From a virus, in the IMG/VR virus record IMGVR_UViG_3300027565_000001: DNA of 64,000 bases; one strand, 5' to 3'. Made by a program: the position numbers and the translations under genes. The notes below the pieces were generated by a model that had not been told where the DNA came from, did not search any database, and worked only from the letters and a program-made list of their open reading frames with translations. Shown piece by piece: positions 38,318 to 47,206 of the stretch. The stretch's first letter is position 1. The number at the start of each line of letters is the position of its first letter.

Positions 38318-39259
38318 TTACGGCGCCACCATCACTCGGCCATCGGGCGTCATCACATGCGTGCCAGAGCGGTAGAGCTTTGCGTCATCCAGCCCCTTGA
38401 CGGCAATTGGGTGCGTCTTCGATCCGCTTTGACCTTCCGACAATGCGGGGTCGAGGCTGAAGGTGTTGCGGGAGGCATTATCGGCGGTATCGAGGATACG
38501 CATCGCACCCTTGCGATCGGGAGAATAGCGTAAGCGGTTCATCAGATCCTTGAATAGACCCATTTTGGCATCGGAGTTGGCGATCGCGCCCTTGCCCATG
38601 GCGGTGATGTACTGCTCGGTCAAGGCCCCGACCAAGTGCTCCAGATCGTTCTGCAGGTTCCATTGTCTCAAGTAATCTGGGTCACCGGCCGAAGGGCCGT
38701 AGTTCGCCCTTGCTTGCGTCGGCGTCATGTCGGGGGCACGCCATGCTTCCCGGGAGATCGGCACGGTATTGGCCGCTGGCTGCGGCGTCGTATTGTACGG
38801 ACCGGCGGCCTGCTGCCAGTCATCCTCCGAGGCGCCGGCAACCATCTGTCGCAGTGCGTCGATGCCGGGCATCACACGCGTGCCAGCGGCACGCCGATTA
38901 GCTAGGTCTATTGATGCTTTGCCGGCGCCTTTTGCGGCTTCCGAGCGCGCTTGGTAGGTGGGGTCATGTTCGTAGAGGTTGGTGCCCGCCGTGGCCAACG
39001 CTCGATTGCCCATCAGACCGCCGATCAGGGCCATGCGCTTGGCACGTTCGGCCTCTTCGCCGAGCGGCACCATGGTCATGTCTGGGGCGCCTTCCAGTGG
39101 CTGCATGCCGCCAGGCTTCGATCCAGGAATTTGGGCTGGTTGCGGCGCCGTTTTCTTGGCGTTCCAGCGGTTTGTCATCTCCTGGTCGATCTGCTCGGGC
39201 GTGGCCTCGTCATCGAAGGCATGCACGGCGCCATCAGGGTCGCGGACGTAGCGGGTCAT
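38318..39259 (-). CDS. virion-module protein (313 aa)
   Basis: Start at MTRYVRDPDG... overlapping the upstream stop (TGATG). Confidence 0.7.
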   Translation of the reverse strand: MTRYVRDPDGAVHAFDDEATPEQIDQEMTNRWNAKKTAPQPAQIPGSKPGGMQPLEGAPDMTMVPLGEEAERAKRMALIGGLMGNRALATAGTNLYEHDPTYQARSEAAKGAGKASIDLANRRAAGTRVMPGIDALRQMVAGASEDDWQQAAGPYNTTPQPAANTVPISREAWRAPDMTPTQARANYGPSAGDPDYLRQWNLQNDLEHLVGALTEQYITAMGKGAIANSDAKMGLFKDLMNRLRYSPDRKGAMRILDTADNASRNTFSLDPALSEGQSGSKTHPIAVKGLDDAKLYRSGTHVMTPDGRVMVAP

Positions 39260-41205
39260 CAGGGCGTTCCAGCCTTTGGCTTCCACTCGTCAATATTTGG
39301 TGGTGCCACGCCATTGGTGCGCTGCGTATGCAGGCGCATGAGATTCTGCTGATGCGTGAGCATAGCCTGGTCGCGAGCGCGGCTGGCGGCCTCCATCTCC
39401 TGCCGATAGGTCGGCGAGCCGGGCACCGCCACGGACTGCATTAGGTTGATCTGATCAAGCCGCGACTGGAACTGCTTGTTCTCCGCCTCGACCGCCTGCG
39501 TATAAATCAACGACGGCTCGGTCTTTGCCTTCAAGGCTTCGATCTCAGTCGGGTTCTTGGCTGCCTCAAGTCCGTAGGTCTTGGCGGCGATCGTCGGCGT
39601 CATCACGCCGTTGATCGGCACTTGTCCCGTGGCGATCTGCGCAGTTTGCGCCAGTTGCTGCGCCTGTAACGTAGGCTGTCCCTGTATGGTCCGCCCAAGC
39701 ATCCCCTCCCGCTCTCTCAGCAGGTTGGCGTTCGCCATGTTCCCTTCGGCTACTCCATGCGTGAATCCTGCAACCCCCGGTATGCCTGAGTTGCCGCCGA
39801 TGGTCAGCAGTGCGTTGGTGAATGGGCTAATGCCGTAGCCCTTGAGGATGTCCTGGTAGTTGCTACTCGGACTGCTATTGGGTGCCGCCGCATTGGGCGG
39901 CGCGGCGTCTGAATCATCGCCATTTCCGACCTTGGCCAATCCGCCATCCTCATAGCCTATTCGTCCCCCGCTTGCGGCGCGTCCCTGTAGTAGCGGGCTG
40001 TTGCGCGATAGTGCTGCGGCCATCATCGGGCCGAGCACGTCAAGCGACGGATTGTTCGTCGGCAGAGATGCGGAGGGTGTACTGGAAGCGCCGGCCTGGG
40101 GCGAGGCCGGCGGCGTGGTCAGGGTCTTGTTGAGGGCCTCCAGATTCTGCAGGAACGGGTTCTTGCCGGTATCGGCGTTTGCCGGATTGGCCATGGTCAC
40201 GGTTGGCATCCAGCTCCCCATCCCCACGTCCCCGCCGCCCTCGAAGCCAGGCTTTTTGCCGCCATCGGTTTCGGCATGCTTTCGCAGCTTGTGAAACGTG
40301 TGGAAGGCGTCCTCGACCTTCGATGCGAATGATCCATGCGCACTAGGGGCACCGACAGGACCACCATCCGCCTTGCCTACGCGCCCGGCAAGCAGACCAT
40401 CGCTCACTGCACCTCCATCCTTAAACAGACCTCCAAGCCAGCTTCCCGCTCCTTGGCCCAATCCGCCGAGCCACTGGAACGGGGTCTGCCCACCCGGAGA
40501 CATCGGGCTCATTCCCAGTCCCAGCAACCCAGCTCCAACGCTCATCATCGAGGGGTTATAGGTCGTCTGCCCCGTCATGTCCGAGGTGCCGGTGTTAAAG
40601 GTGCTCCCGGTGCTCTGACCCTGCTGGCCATATTGGCGCTGGTTGGTTGCGCCGGAAGTGGAGATCAGCCCCGGCATCGCCCCCAGGAATCCGGTGCCGG
40701 CAGAGTTTATGCCCATGCCGGCTCTAGCTAGAGCAGCTTGATTCGACTCGGCCACGGGTATCCCCGAGTTCCACGCATTGGTCATTATGCCTTGGGCAAG
40801 GTTGCCCATGTTTGCATTGACCGTGCCATAATACCGGGACAACGCTCCATCGTCGCTGCTGCCCCAGGGATTGGCGGCCATCGACCCGCGTATTGAGGAT
40901 GCCTGGTCCTGGATGCCCGGCTGCATCGCCGCCGCCGCTGCCTGGAACTCCTGCCCGGCCATAGGATAGGCCAATCGGCCGATATCCGCCGAGGTCACGG
41001 GCGCGGCGGACGAGGTCAGCAGCGGATTACCAGCCAGCGCTTCATTGACGTTGTTGGCGCCATATGTTCCCAACCATTGCAGGAACGGGGTTGAGGTATC
41101 GGTGCCCGTCCCTTGGACGCCCTGCGTCCCCGAGGATGTGCCCCGGTTGGTGGTATTGGTCGTCTGCTGCTGCTGGGTATTGCCGGAACAGAATGAGCCC
41201 ATCAC
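39259..41205 (-). CDS. Gly/Gln/Ser/Thr-rich virion-associated protein (648 aa)
   Basis: Low-complexity N-half and helical C-terminus. Contains x-GG-x-[VI] motifs shared with 41790..45410. Confidence 0.75.
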   Translation of the reverse strand: MMGSFCSGNTQQQQTTNTTNRGTSSGTQGVQGTGTDTSTPFLQWLGTYGANNVNEALAGNPLLTSSAAPVTSADIGRLAYPMAGQEFQAAAAAMQPGIQDQASSIRGSMAANPWGSSDDGALSRYYGTVNANMGNLAQGIMTNAWNSGIPVAESNQAALARAGMGINSAGTGFLGAMPGLISTSGATNQRQYGQQGQSTGSTFNTGTSDMTGQTTYNPSMMSVGAGLLGLGMSPMSPGGQTPFQWLGGLGQGAGSWLGGLFKDGGAVSDGLLAGRVGKADGGPVGAPSAHGSFASKVEDAFHTFHKLRKHAETDGGKKPGFEGGGDVGMGSWMPTVTMANPANADTGKNPFLQNLEALNKTLTTPPASPQAGASSTPSASLPTNNPSLDVLGPMMAAALSRNSPLLQGRAASGGRIGYEDGGLAKVGNGDDSDAAPPNAAAPNSSPSSNYQDILKGYGISPFTNALLTIGGNSGIPGVAGFTHGVAEGNMANANLLREREGMLGRTIQGQPTLQAQQLAQTAQIATGQVPINGVMTPTIAAKTYGLEAAKNPTEIEALKAKTEPSLIYTQAVEAENKQFQSRLDQINLMQSVAVPGSPTYRQEMEAASRARDQAMLTHQQNLMRLHTQRTNGVAPPNIDEWKPKAGTP

Positions 41206-41783
41206 AATCCCCCGCCGCCGTGTTCGAGTTGATTATAGGGCGCAGCAAAGGGGCTGTAAAAGAATGTTTGGCCGTAGGTCTTGAATCCAAGCCGCTCGAA
41301 GAACCGATCCTTGGCCGCCGTCCGCTCCAGCGTGACATTGCCCATCCTGAGGTCGAGACGCGTGGCGATGGCGATCTTGATTGCGAATCTGATCAGCGAG
41401 CGGGCATGCCCGCTCCTGCGATAATCGGCCTTGACGTAGGTGAAGTAATCTCCAAGGAACGGCCGCCGCGAGTACCAAGTCGCTCCGATTCCCAAACACA
41501 CCGATGCCTGCAGATTACCGGGCTCGCCGATAATCCCGCAGCATGACTGGCCGACATCGAGTGCGTTGCGGTCGCGAATGATCGCCTTCTGCACCGTCCC
41601 TCTGACGAGTTCCTCATCGATCGGAAACGGCTGATTGAACTCGTCCCTAAATCCGCTCTCCTTGTGCATCAGGCGCAGCATGTCCATCAGCTCCTCCTCG
41701 TCAGAGGGCTGCGCTACGCGCACCACGCTTGGCGAGGGCGCTGCCTGCGCTGATTCGGAGGGGATGATGGTTAGGTCTCTCAC
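41202..41783 (-). CDS. GNAT-family N-acetyltransferase
   Basis: YRRSGHARSLIRFAI (R-x-x-G-x-A acetyl-CoA motif) and ...FFERLGFKTYG tail, embedded between the large virion proteins. Confidence 0.8.
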   Translation of the reverse strand: MRDLTIIPSESAQAAPSPSVVRVAQPSDEEELMDMLRLMHKESGFRDEFNQPFPIDEELVRGTVQKAIIRDRNALDVGQSCCGIIGEPGNLQASVCLGIGATWYSRRPFLGDYFTYVKADYRRSGHARSLIRFAIKIAIATRLDLRMGNVTLERTAAKDRFFERLGFKTYGQTFFYSPFAAPYNQLEHGGGGL

Positions 41784-41789
41784 ACTGGC

Positions 41790-44700
41790 TCACTTCGCAG
41801 GCGACGGGAGTTGGCTGAGCGTGCGGATGTGATCGGCGCGGATCTGCTTCACCATCTGGTCCAGCATGGCGTGGCCGCGGTCGATATTACCCCCGCCGTA
41901 CTTGGCGACTGCCTCTGGGGAGACCGTGAACTCTCCTGCCGAGATCTTGATAGGCACGGCACCACCAGCGGCTCTTGTGGGCTGCGACTTGCCGAACATC
42001 TTCTCCAGGATCTTCATTCCCGCAAGCGTGTTGTTGCCGGCCCCGGGCATTCCCGATACGGCATCCGCTGGGACGATGTATGAGCCCGAGGCGACGTTGA
42101 CAGGGAGGGCATCATCGCGCCCCCCCGATGGGCCTATAACCGGCCCGACATGTACTCGGCCCCCCTTGGCATAATGCCTAGCCAGATCCAGCGCCTTCCT
42201 TATTGCTCCCCCCCTGGCCATGGCGTCTGGGTTGAAGTCTCCCCCTGGTGGCCTATCCGGTTTCTTGGGTACGCCAGGGGCGATCTCGTCAATATCTTCC
42301 GGCGTTCGCGCTCCGTTCGGCTTACCTTTTGTTGACGATTGTGCATTAGTCTTGCCCTTGGTAGGCGGTTCGCCCTTGCCCTTGACATAATCCTCAGGGG
42401 CCATGCGGCCCTTGACGACATCGTCGGGCATGAACTTGCCGGCCATGGGGTGGCCTTCAGGCCAATGCTTGGTACCGGCCGCACTGGTCGTTGGGACAAG
42501 AAGCGGCTTACTGGTTGGTGACGAAGATGGCGCAGGCAGAGCACGTTGACTGGACTCGCCTGAGGGCGGAAGCGGTGGACCTGCCGCCGCCCGATAGTCT
42601 GGGAGACGCTCGGCCAATCGCGAGCGCGCCAACGCCATCAAGGGAGGCTCGATTGCTGGCCCGTTGGCAGCGCCGGGAGCAAGAACTGCGGGCAAGGTTC
42701 CAAGCCCATGAGCAGTCCCTGAAAACCCGCTTCCTTCGCCACTCGCTGCAGCTTCGTCAGCGTCTAAACCAAACCTCTTGACAAGTGCCTGCGTCTCAGG
42801 TGCTGGGCGCCTGCCCGGTCCCGCAGTTGGGAAGAGATGCGGCGTCGCCCATCCGGTCAGCGCCCCGAGACCGCCAAACGTTTTGGCCGCCTCGAACATG
42901 TCCTGCGGCGTGCCCAGAACCCGCACGGCCTCCTGATGCTCTTTGGAGTCTGCGGGAGCATTTGCCTTGTTGAACTGATACGGGAACAGGGAGGCCTCCG
43001 TCCCCGCCGCCGCACCGGCCAATGCCGGCGCCGCGTGGTCGCGCATGATGTCCGAGACGGTGCGCATCAGCGGGCCGTGTTCTTGCTCCAGATAGCCCTG
43101 TGCCGTCTTGGTCGCGTGCTCGGCTAATGGAAGATTGGGCTCTCCCCTTCTCGGAAAGAGGTTCGTCTCTGCCGTGTCGACCGCCCTGTTCCACGGAGCT
43201 CGCCCGGCCCTCTCCGCCAAGTTGCCGAAGTTCTTGGCGAGATAGCCGGCAGCCATGGGCGCGAGAACTTGCACCGCCGGCCATGCGGCAGCAGCATCGG
43301 GGTGCGCGGTTGCCCATGGGAGGCTGCCCTTGGTGATGGTCGCTAGGCGCTCATTGTATTGACCTAAGAGCTTGCTGGCCTCTGCTGCTGCTCGAATGCG
43401 ATTGGATTGAACCTGAGTGCCAGGTTCGGCATGCGCGATCTTATTTTGCTCATCGATCTGTCGCTGCAGTGATTGCAGCGTGGGATCATTCAGTTCGATG
43501 TCGGACTTCCTGCGCGCGAGCGCGCCCGAGGGTGTTTCCTGCACGGTGCCGGGGACTTTAGTCGGCACGGCATGCGCCCCCAGCGCCTGCTCTTCAAAGG
43601 GCGCTACGGCTCCGGCACTTGCAATCAGTGGCATCGCCGCCTTTGGCAGATAGCGATTGGCGTAGGTGGCGGCGAGCGGGCCTGCGGTTGTTGCGAGGGA
43701 TTTCAGGGTATCCAGCTGCTTCTCCCCTTCGCTCATGCCGGCGCGGCGCGCGGCGTTGGCTTCAAGATCGCGTCTGGATTCCTCAATGCCTTCATGCAGT
43801 CCTGGATAGTTGTATCCCGGTATCGGTGGCGCGATGGTGCGCAGGATATCCTTGAGGATTTCAGGATCGAAGTGACCGCCCATCAAGTTGGGATCTTCGT
43901 CACGGATAGGGCTTTCGTTACGCGCCTTGGCCCTATCGACCTCCGCCGCCGCCGTATCGCTGCCGATGCCTCCGCTCGCCAATCCCTTGCGTCCCTTTCC
44001 GTCCTTATCAGTCTGCTTGTACTGCCCCGCCAGTATCAGTCCTTCTGCTATGTGGTTGGCTAGACGTTGGTGGGGGTCGTCGTCGACCGATCCCCCGGAG
44101 GCGCGACCCTGGTTGGGCAGGTTGAACGGGTTAGAGGATATCCCGGCAGGCATGGATGAGCTCTGCTGCATCCAGGGCGGGGTGGAATTGGGATAACCGG
44201 GGCTGGGTTGGGTTTGGCCCAGTAATGTACCGGGTGCAGGGCCGAAGTAGTTCTGCGGTTGTGCTGGCGTAGGCATCGGCGGGGCCGGGGCAGGGCCGAA
44301 ATAGTTGCGCGGCTGTGGTGATACTGGCCCAGACATTGGCCCAGACACTGGCATGGATACTGGCCCAACCTGTGTCCCTATCCCCGGTGCCGCTTGCATT
44401 GGCGGTATTTGTGTGCCCTGCGGCATTACCGTTGGCGATGGAGACGAACTCGGGGCTGGGGGGAGAATTGCACCCGGTGGCGGCGGGGACGCAGTGGACC
44501 CAAAGCCGGTATTAACCGGAGGTGCCCCGGGTTGATTCGGCAACGGCGCCCCCCCAAAGCCGGTGCTGGCAATACCGAGGCTCGGGCCAGTAATCGACGG
44601 CGGCGCGGGCGGCAGCATGGACCCAGGACCAGCTGGAGGGCTTTGCGACTGCAGGCCGAATCCCGACTGCATCACGGGAGGCTGTCCGCCGAGGGCCATA

Positions 44701-45410
44701 CCGACGCGACCTCCGAAGGCTTTGCGGGCATAACGACGCGCGGTATTGAGCGCTATGGCGATTGCCTGAGCCCTTGGTTTTCCGGCTCCGAGTTCCGCCC
44801 TGATATTATTCGACACCGCTTGGCGACTGCCGGATTTTTCGAGCGGCATGACCGTTCCCCCTGCTGCGAATCCCTTGCGAATGTCGCCGAAGGGCTTCTT
44901 GGTATCGCCCGACGCCAGCCACTCCTTGAACCGCTCGACGCTCATCTCGGTTACGGCGCCAATGCGGTCCTTGGCCTTGCCGTCCGAGAATGCCTTCTCA
45001 TAAGTTGCCAGCGCCGCGTCCCTACTCTGATAATCAATGAAGCATTTATGCTCGTCGAACTTGCCGGTTGTGTCGTTGACCTGATCGATAATGTACACTT
45101 TATTGCTGGCATGGTCATCGCCGACGTAGGTATCGACGTGATCGCCGTCGTGACCTACCGACCCCAAGAAATACCCATATGGCGCGGGCATGCGCACCTG
45201 CCACTTGTGGCCCGATTTTGAAACACCCTGTCGCAAAGAGCCCTTGGGATTTTCGATTGTTACCGTAAGGCCCCGCCAGGGCCACTTGCCCTTGGCATAG
45301 TTGCCGGCGGCCTTCTGGGCATCGCTCGGGTGCCGTTCGGTCTGGCGCGCAGCCAATGCCAGCGCCTTCGCGACGGTTTCTTGATGCGGACTGGATTCGA
45401 TTAAGCTCAT
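41790..45410 (-). CDS. very large multi-domain virion (ejection-type) protein, 1206 aa
   Basis: Folded N-terminal module (AGNYAKGKWPWRGLTVTIENPKGSLRQG...DGDHVDTYVG...FDEHKCFIDY), a long Pro/Gly-rich linker, helical regions, and C-terminal ...AAGGAVPIKISAGEFTVSPEAV.... Confidence 0.85.
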   Translation of the reverse strand: MSLIESSPHQETVAKALALAARQTERHPSDAQKAAGNYAKGKWPWRGLTVTIENPKGSLRQGVSKSGHKWQVRMPAPYGYFLGSVGHDGDHVDTYVGDDHASNKVYIIDQVNDTTGKFDEHKCFIDYQSRDAALATYEKAFSDGKAKDRIGAVTEMSVERFKEWLASGDTKKPFGDIRKGFAAGGTVMPLEKSGSRQAVSNNIRAELGAGKPRAQAIAIALNTARRYARKAFGGRVGMALGGQPPVMQSGFGLQSQSPPAGPGSMLPPAPPSITGPSLGIASTGFGGAPLPNQPGAPPVNTGFGSTASPPPPGAILPPAPSSSPSPTVMPQGTQIPPMQAAPGIGTQVGPVSMPVSGPMSGPVSPQPRNYFGPAPAPPMPTPAQPQNYFGPAPGTLLGQTQPSPGYPNSTPPWMQQSSSMPAGISSNPFNLPNQGRASGGSVDDDPHQRLANHIAEGLILAGQYKQTDKDGKGRKGLASGGIGSDTAAAEVDRAKARNESPIRDEDPNLMGGHFDPEILKDILRTIAPPIPGYNYPGLHEGIEESRRDLEANAARRAGMSEGEKQLDTLKSLATTAGPLAATYANRYLPKAAMPLIASAGAVAPFEEQALGAHAVPTKVPGTVQETPSGALARRKSDIELNDPTLQSLQRQIDEQNKIAHAEPGTQVQSNRIRAAAEASKLLGQYNERLATITKGSLPWATAHPDAAAAWPAVQVLAPMAAGYLAKNFGNLAERAGRAPWNRAVDTAETNLFPRRGEPNLPLAEHATKTAQGYLEQEHGPLMRTVSDIMRDHAAPALAGAAAGTEASLFPYQFNKANAPADSKEHQEAVRVLGTPQDMFEAAKTFGGLGALTGWATPHLFPTAGPGRRPAPETQALVKRFGLDADEAAASGEGSGFSGTAHGLGTLPAVLAPGAANGPAIEPPLMALARSRLAERLPDYRAAAGPPLPPSGESSQRALPAPSSSPTSKPLLVPTTSAAGTKHWPEGHPMAGKFMPDDVVKGRMAPEDYVKGKGEPPTKGKTNAQSSTKGKPNGARTPEDIDEIAPGVPKKPDRPPGGDFNPDAMARGGAIRKALDLARHYAKGGRVHVGPVIGPSGGRDDALPVNVASGSYIVPADAVSGMPGAGNNTLAGMKILEKMFGKSQPTRAAGGAVPIKISAGEFTVSPEAVAKYGGGNIDRGHAMLDQMVKQIRADHIRTLSQLPSPAK

Positions 45411-45425
45411 GGGCGCGTGATAATA

Positions 45426-46160
45426 TCAGTTCCAAGCCGCGCCGACCAGCGCCGCGGCACCCGTACTGAACGACCCCGATATCGTCCGGTTGGACTGTGA
45501 TGGAAGCGTATCAAGGCTTCCCGCCCATTCGGCCAAGTCGGCATCTCCAGGTACCGTTTCCTCGTTGTCCTGCGTTGAACCGCTTCCCGTAAGTGATGGA
45601 TTGACGGCATTGGCAAACAGCGAGATGCCCTGGATCAGGACTCCGTTGCCCGGGATATTGATCGTCGTCGACAGCGAGGTACCTGATCCCGTCGTGTTGC
45701 TGGCCGTCGCCGTAGGCGTAGCGCTCACGAGATTATTGAGCCGATAGACATCGATGCCGCAGGCAACTACAGCAGCACTGAAGGTCAGCGAGATAGTTCC
45801 CGATGCGCTCACCGTAGTAGCTGAGATTATGGCGCAACTCGCATCCTGTACGGCCGCGCTGGTGCCGACGACATTGACGTGAATGGTCGCCCCTACCCCG
45901 GCGATGCTGGCGGAACTGAGCTTTCTACCGTCCCCCGGTGTATCCCAGCCGTGCACGACGACGACGACGAGCGAGGTGCCGATCGCGGTGCCTAGATTGG
46001 TACCCGCGAAGTTGAATGTACTGGCGCTGCCAAAGGTTGGAGCCGGAGATGTGACGTAGGTGCGCGTTGCCAAGCCGAGCGCATACAGGGTGACGGGGAA
46101 GGTGAGCACGACCGGCCTAGCTGAAGTTCTTCTGCGCCACGCCGTACATATTGGTGCCAT
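45426..46160 (-). CDS. fibre/receptor-binding-like structural protein (about 227-244 aa)
   Basis: Ser/Thr/Gly/Val-rich beta-type composition. The start may be the GTG at 46109, which avoids the 44-nt overlap. Confidence 0.65.
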   Translation of the reverse strand: MAPICTAWRRRTSARPVVLTFPVTLYALGLATRTYVTSPAPTFGSASTFNFAGTNLGTAIGTSLVVVVVHGWDTPGDGRKLSSASIAGVGATIHVNVVGTSAAVQDASCAIISATTVSASGTISLTFSAAVVACGIDVYRLNNLVSATPTATASNTTGSGTSLSTTINIPGNGVLIQGISLFANAVNPSLTGSGSTQDNEETVPGDADLAEWAGSLDTLPSQSNRTISGSFSTGAAALVGAAWN

Positions 46161-46977
46161 CCGAGACGAAGGTCAGCACGTCGATCGCCGCGACGCCCGT
46201 CGATAATACCGGGGCGACGCCACTTGGCCATTTGAAAACAGCATTGTACGCTAAGGTTCGGCTCCCCGAACCATCCTGGATCACTCTCAATATATACGTG
46301 AACCCATCCACCAGATTGCTCGGCGCCCCCAAGGTACGATTACCCCCCAGCGTCACCTTGGCCACCTGCTGCGTCTGCGCGTTCCAGGTAATAGTGGCCG
46401 CATCCGTAAGGGTAACGGTGCCGAACCCTTGCTGCTGCAGCCAGGTATTGGTGTTTAATATTGCGAGGCCGATCCCGCCCTTGGTCACCCCTGCAGCCAG
46501 ATCGAACGTCGGCGGATTATTTGCTGTCAACGTCCCGAACGTGACATACGTCGCGGTATTGGTGTTATAGGCCTGCAGCAGCCAGGTATGCGCGGCCGTG
46601 GTATCGGTCTGGATCGCACTTCCGTTGACCAACGTGACATTGGCAACCCCCGACAGATTGCCGGAATCATCACAGGCGATCGGTGAGTTCTGGACGCTAC
46701 CCGATATCGCACCACTGCTAACCGTCTTGACGCGGAGCAATCGGTTGGCCGATGTCCCGACCACGCCCCCGATCAGCTTCCCCGTTATTGCAGTGGCAAT
46801 GGCATTGATCTTGGTGATTATCGCCGTGGAGTTTGCCGAAAGCTGCTGGCGTACCTGCGATACCGCCTGGTTGATGGCAGTGGCGTTGGCGACGTCGGCG
46901 GAGGATACCGAAGAGCCAGGACTTGCTGGCGCGGCCGGAGCCGCGGGTGCCTGCGTTTGTAGCGCGTCCGCCGGCAT
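46117..46977 (-). CDS. fibre-like structural protein (286 aa)
   Basis: Ala/Thr/Gly/Asn-rich beta-type composition in the tail module. Confidence 0.7.
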   Translation of the reverse strand: MPADALQTQAPAAPAAPASPGSSVSSADVANATAINQAVSQVRQQLSANSTAIITKINAIATAITGKLIGGVVGTSANRLLRVKTVSSGAISGSVQNSPIACDDSGNLSGVANVTLVNGSAIQTDTTAAHTWLLQAYNTNTATYVTFGTLTANNPPTFDLAAGVTKGGIGLAILNTNTWLQQQGFGTVTLTDAATITWNAQTQQVAKVTLGGNRTLGAPSNLVDGFTYILRVIQDGSGSRTLAYNAVFKWPSGVAPVLSTGVAAIDVLTFVSDGTNMYGVAQKNFS

Positions 46978-46978
46978 C

Positions 46979-47203
46979 TCATACCGCCGGCAGGTTGTTG
47001 AGCGCAGTGACGATAGAGGCCAAGGCCGTCAATGCGCTAGCGTTCTGCGTATTGAGATCGTTGGCCACGCCGTTGGTCTGCTGCGCCAATACCCCGGTCT
47101 GCACGGTCGTGCTCAGTCCTTGCCCCGTGGGGTTCTGCTGGGTGAACCACGGCGAGGAGGCGGTCGCGGTTGTCGGGTCCGACGTGGACGCTGGGTCGGC
47201 CAT
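46979..47203 (-). CDS. small structural-module protein (74 aa)
   Basis: ORF tightly packed between structural genes. Confidence 0.55.
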   Translation of the reverse strand: MADPASTSDPTTATASSPWFTQQNPTGQGLSTTVQTGVLAQQTNGVANDLNTQNASALTALASIVTALNNLPAV

Positions 47204-47206
47204 GGC

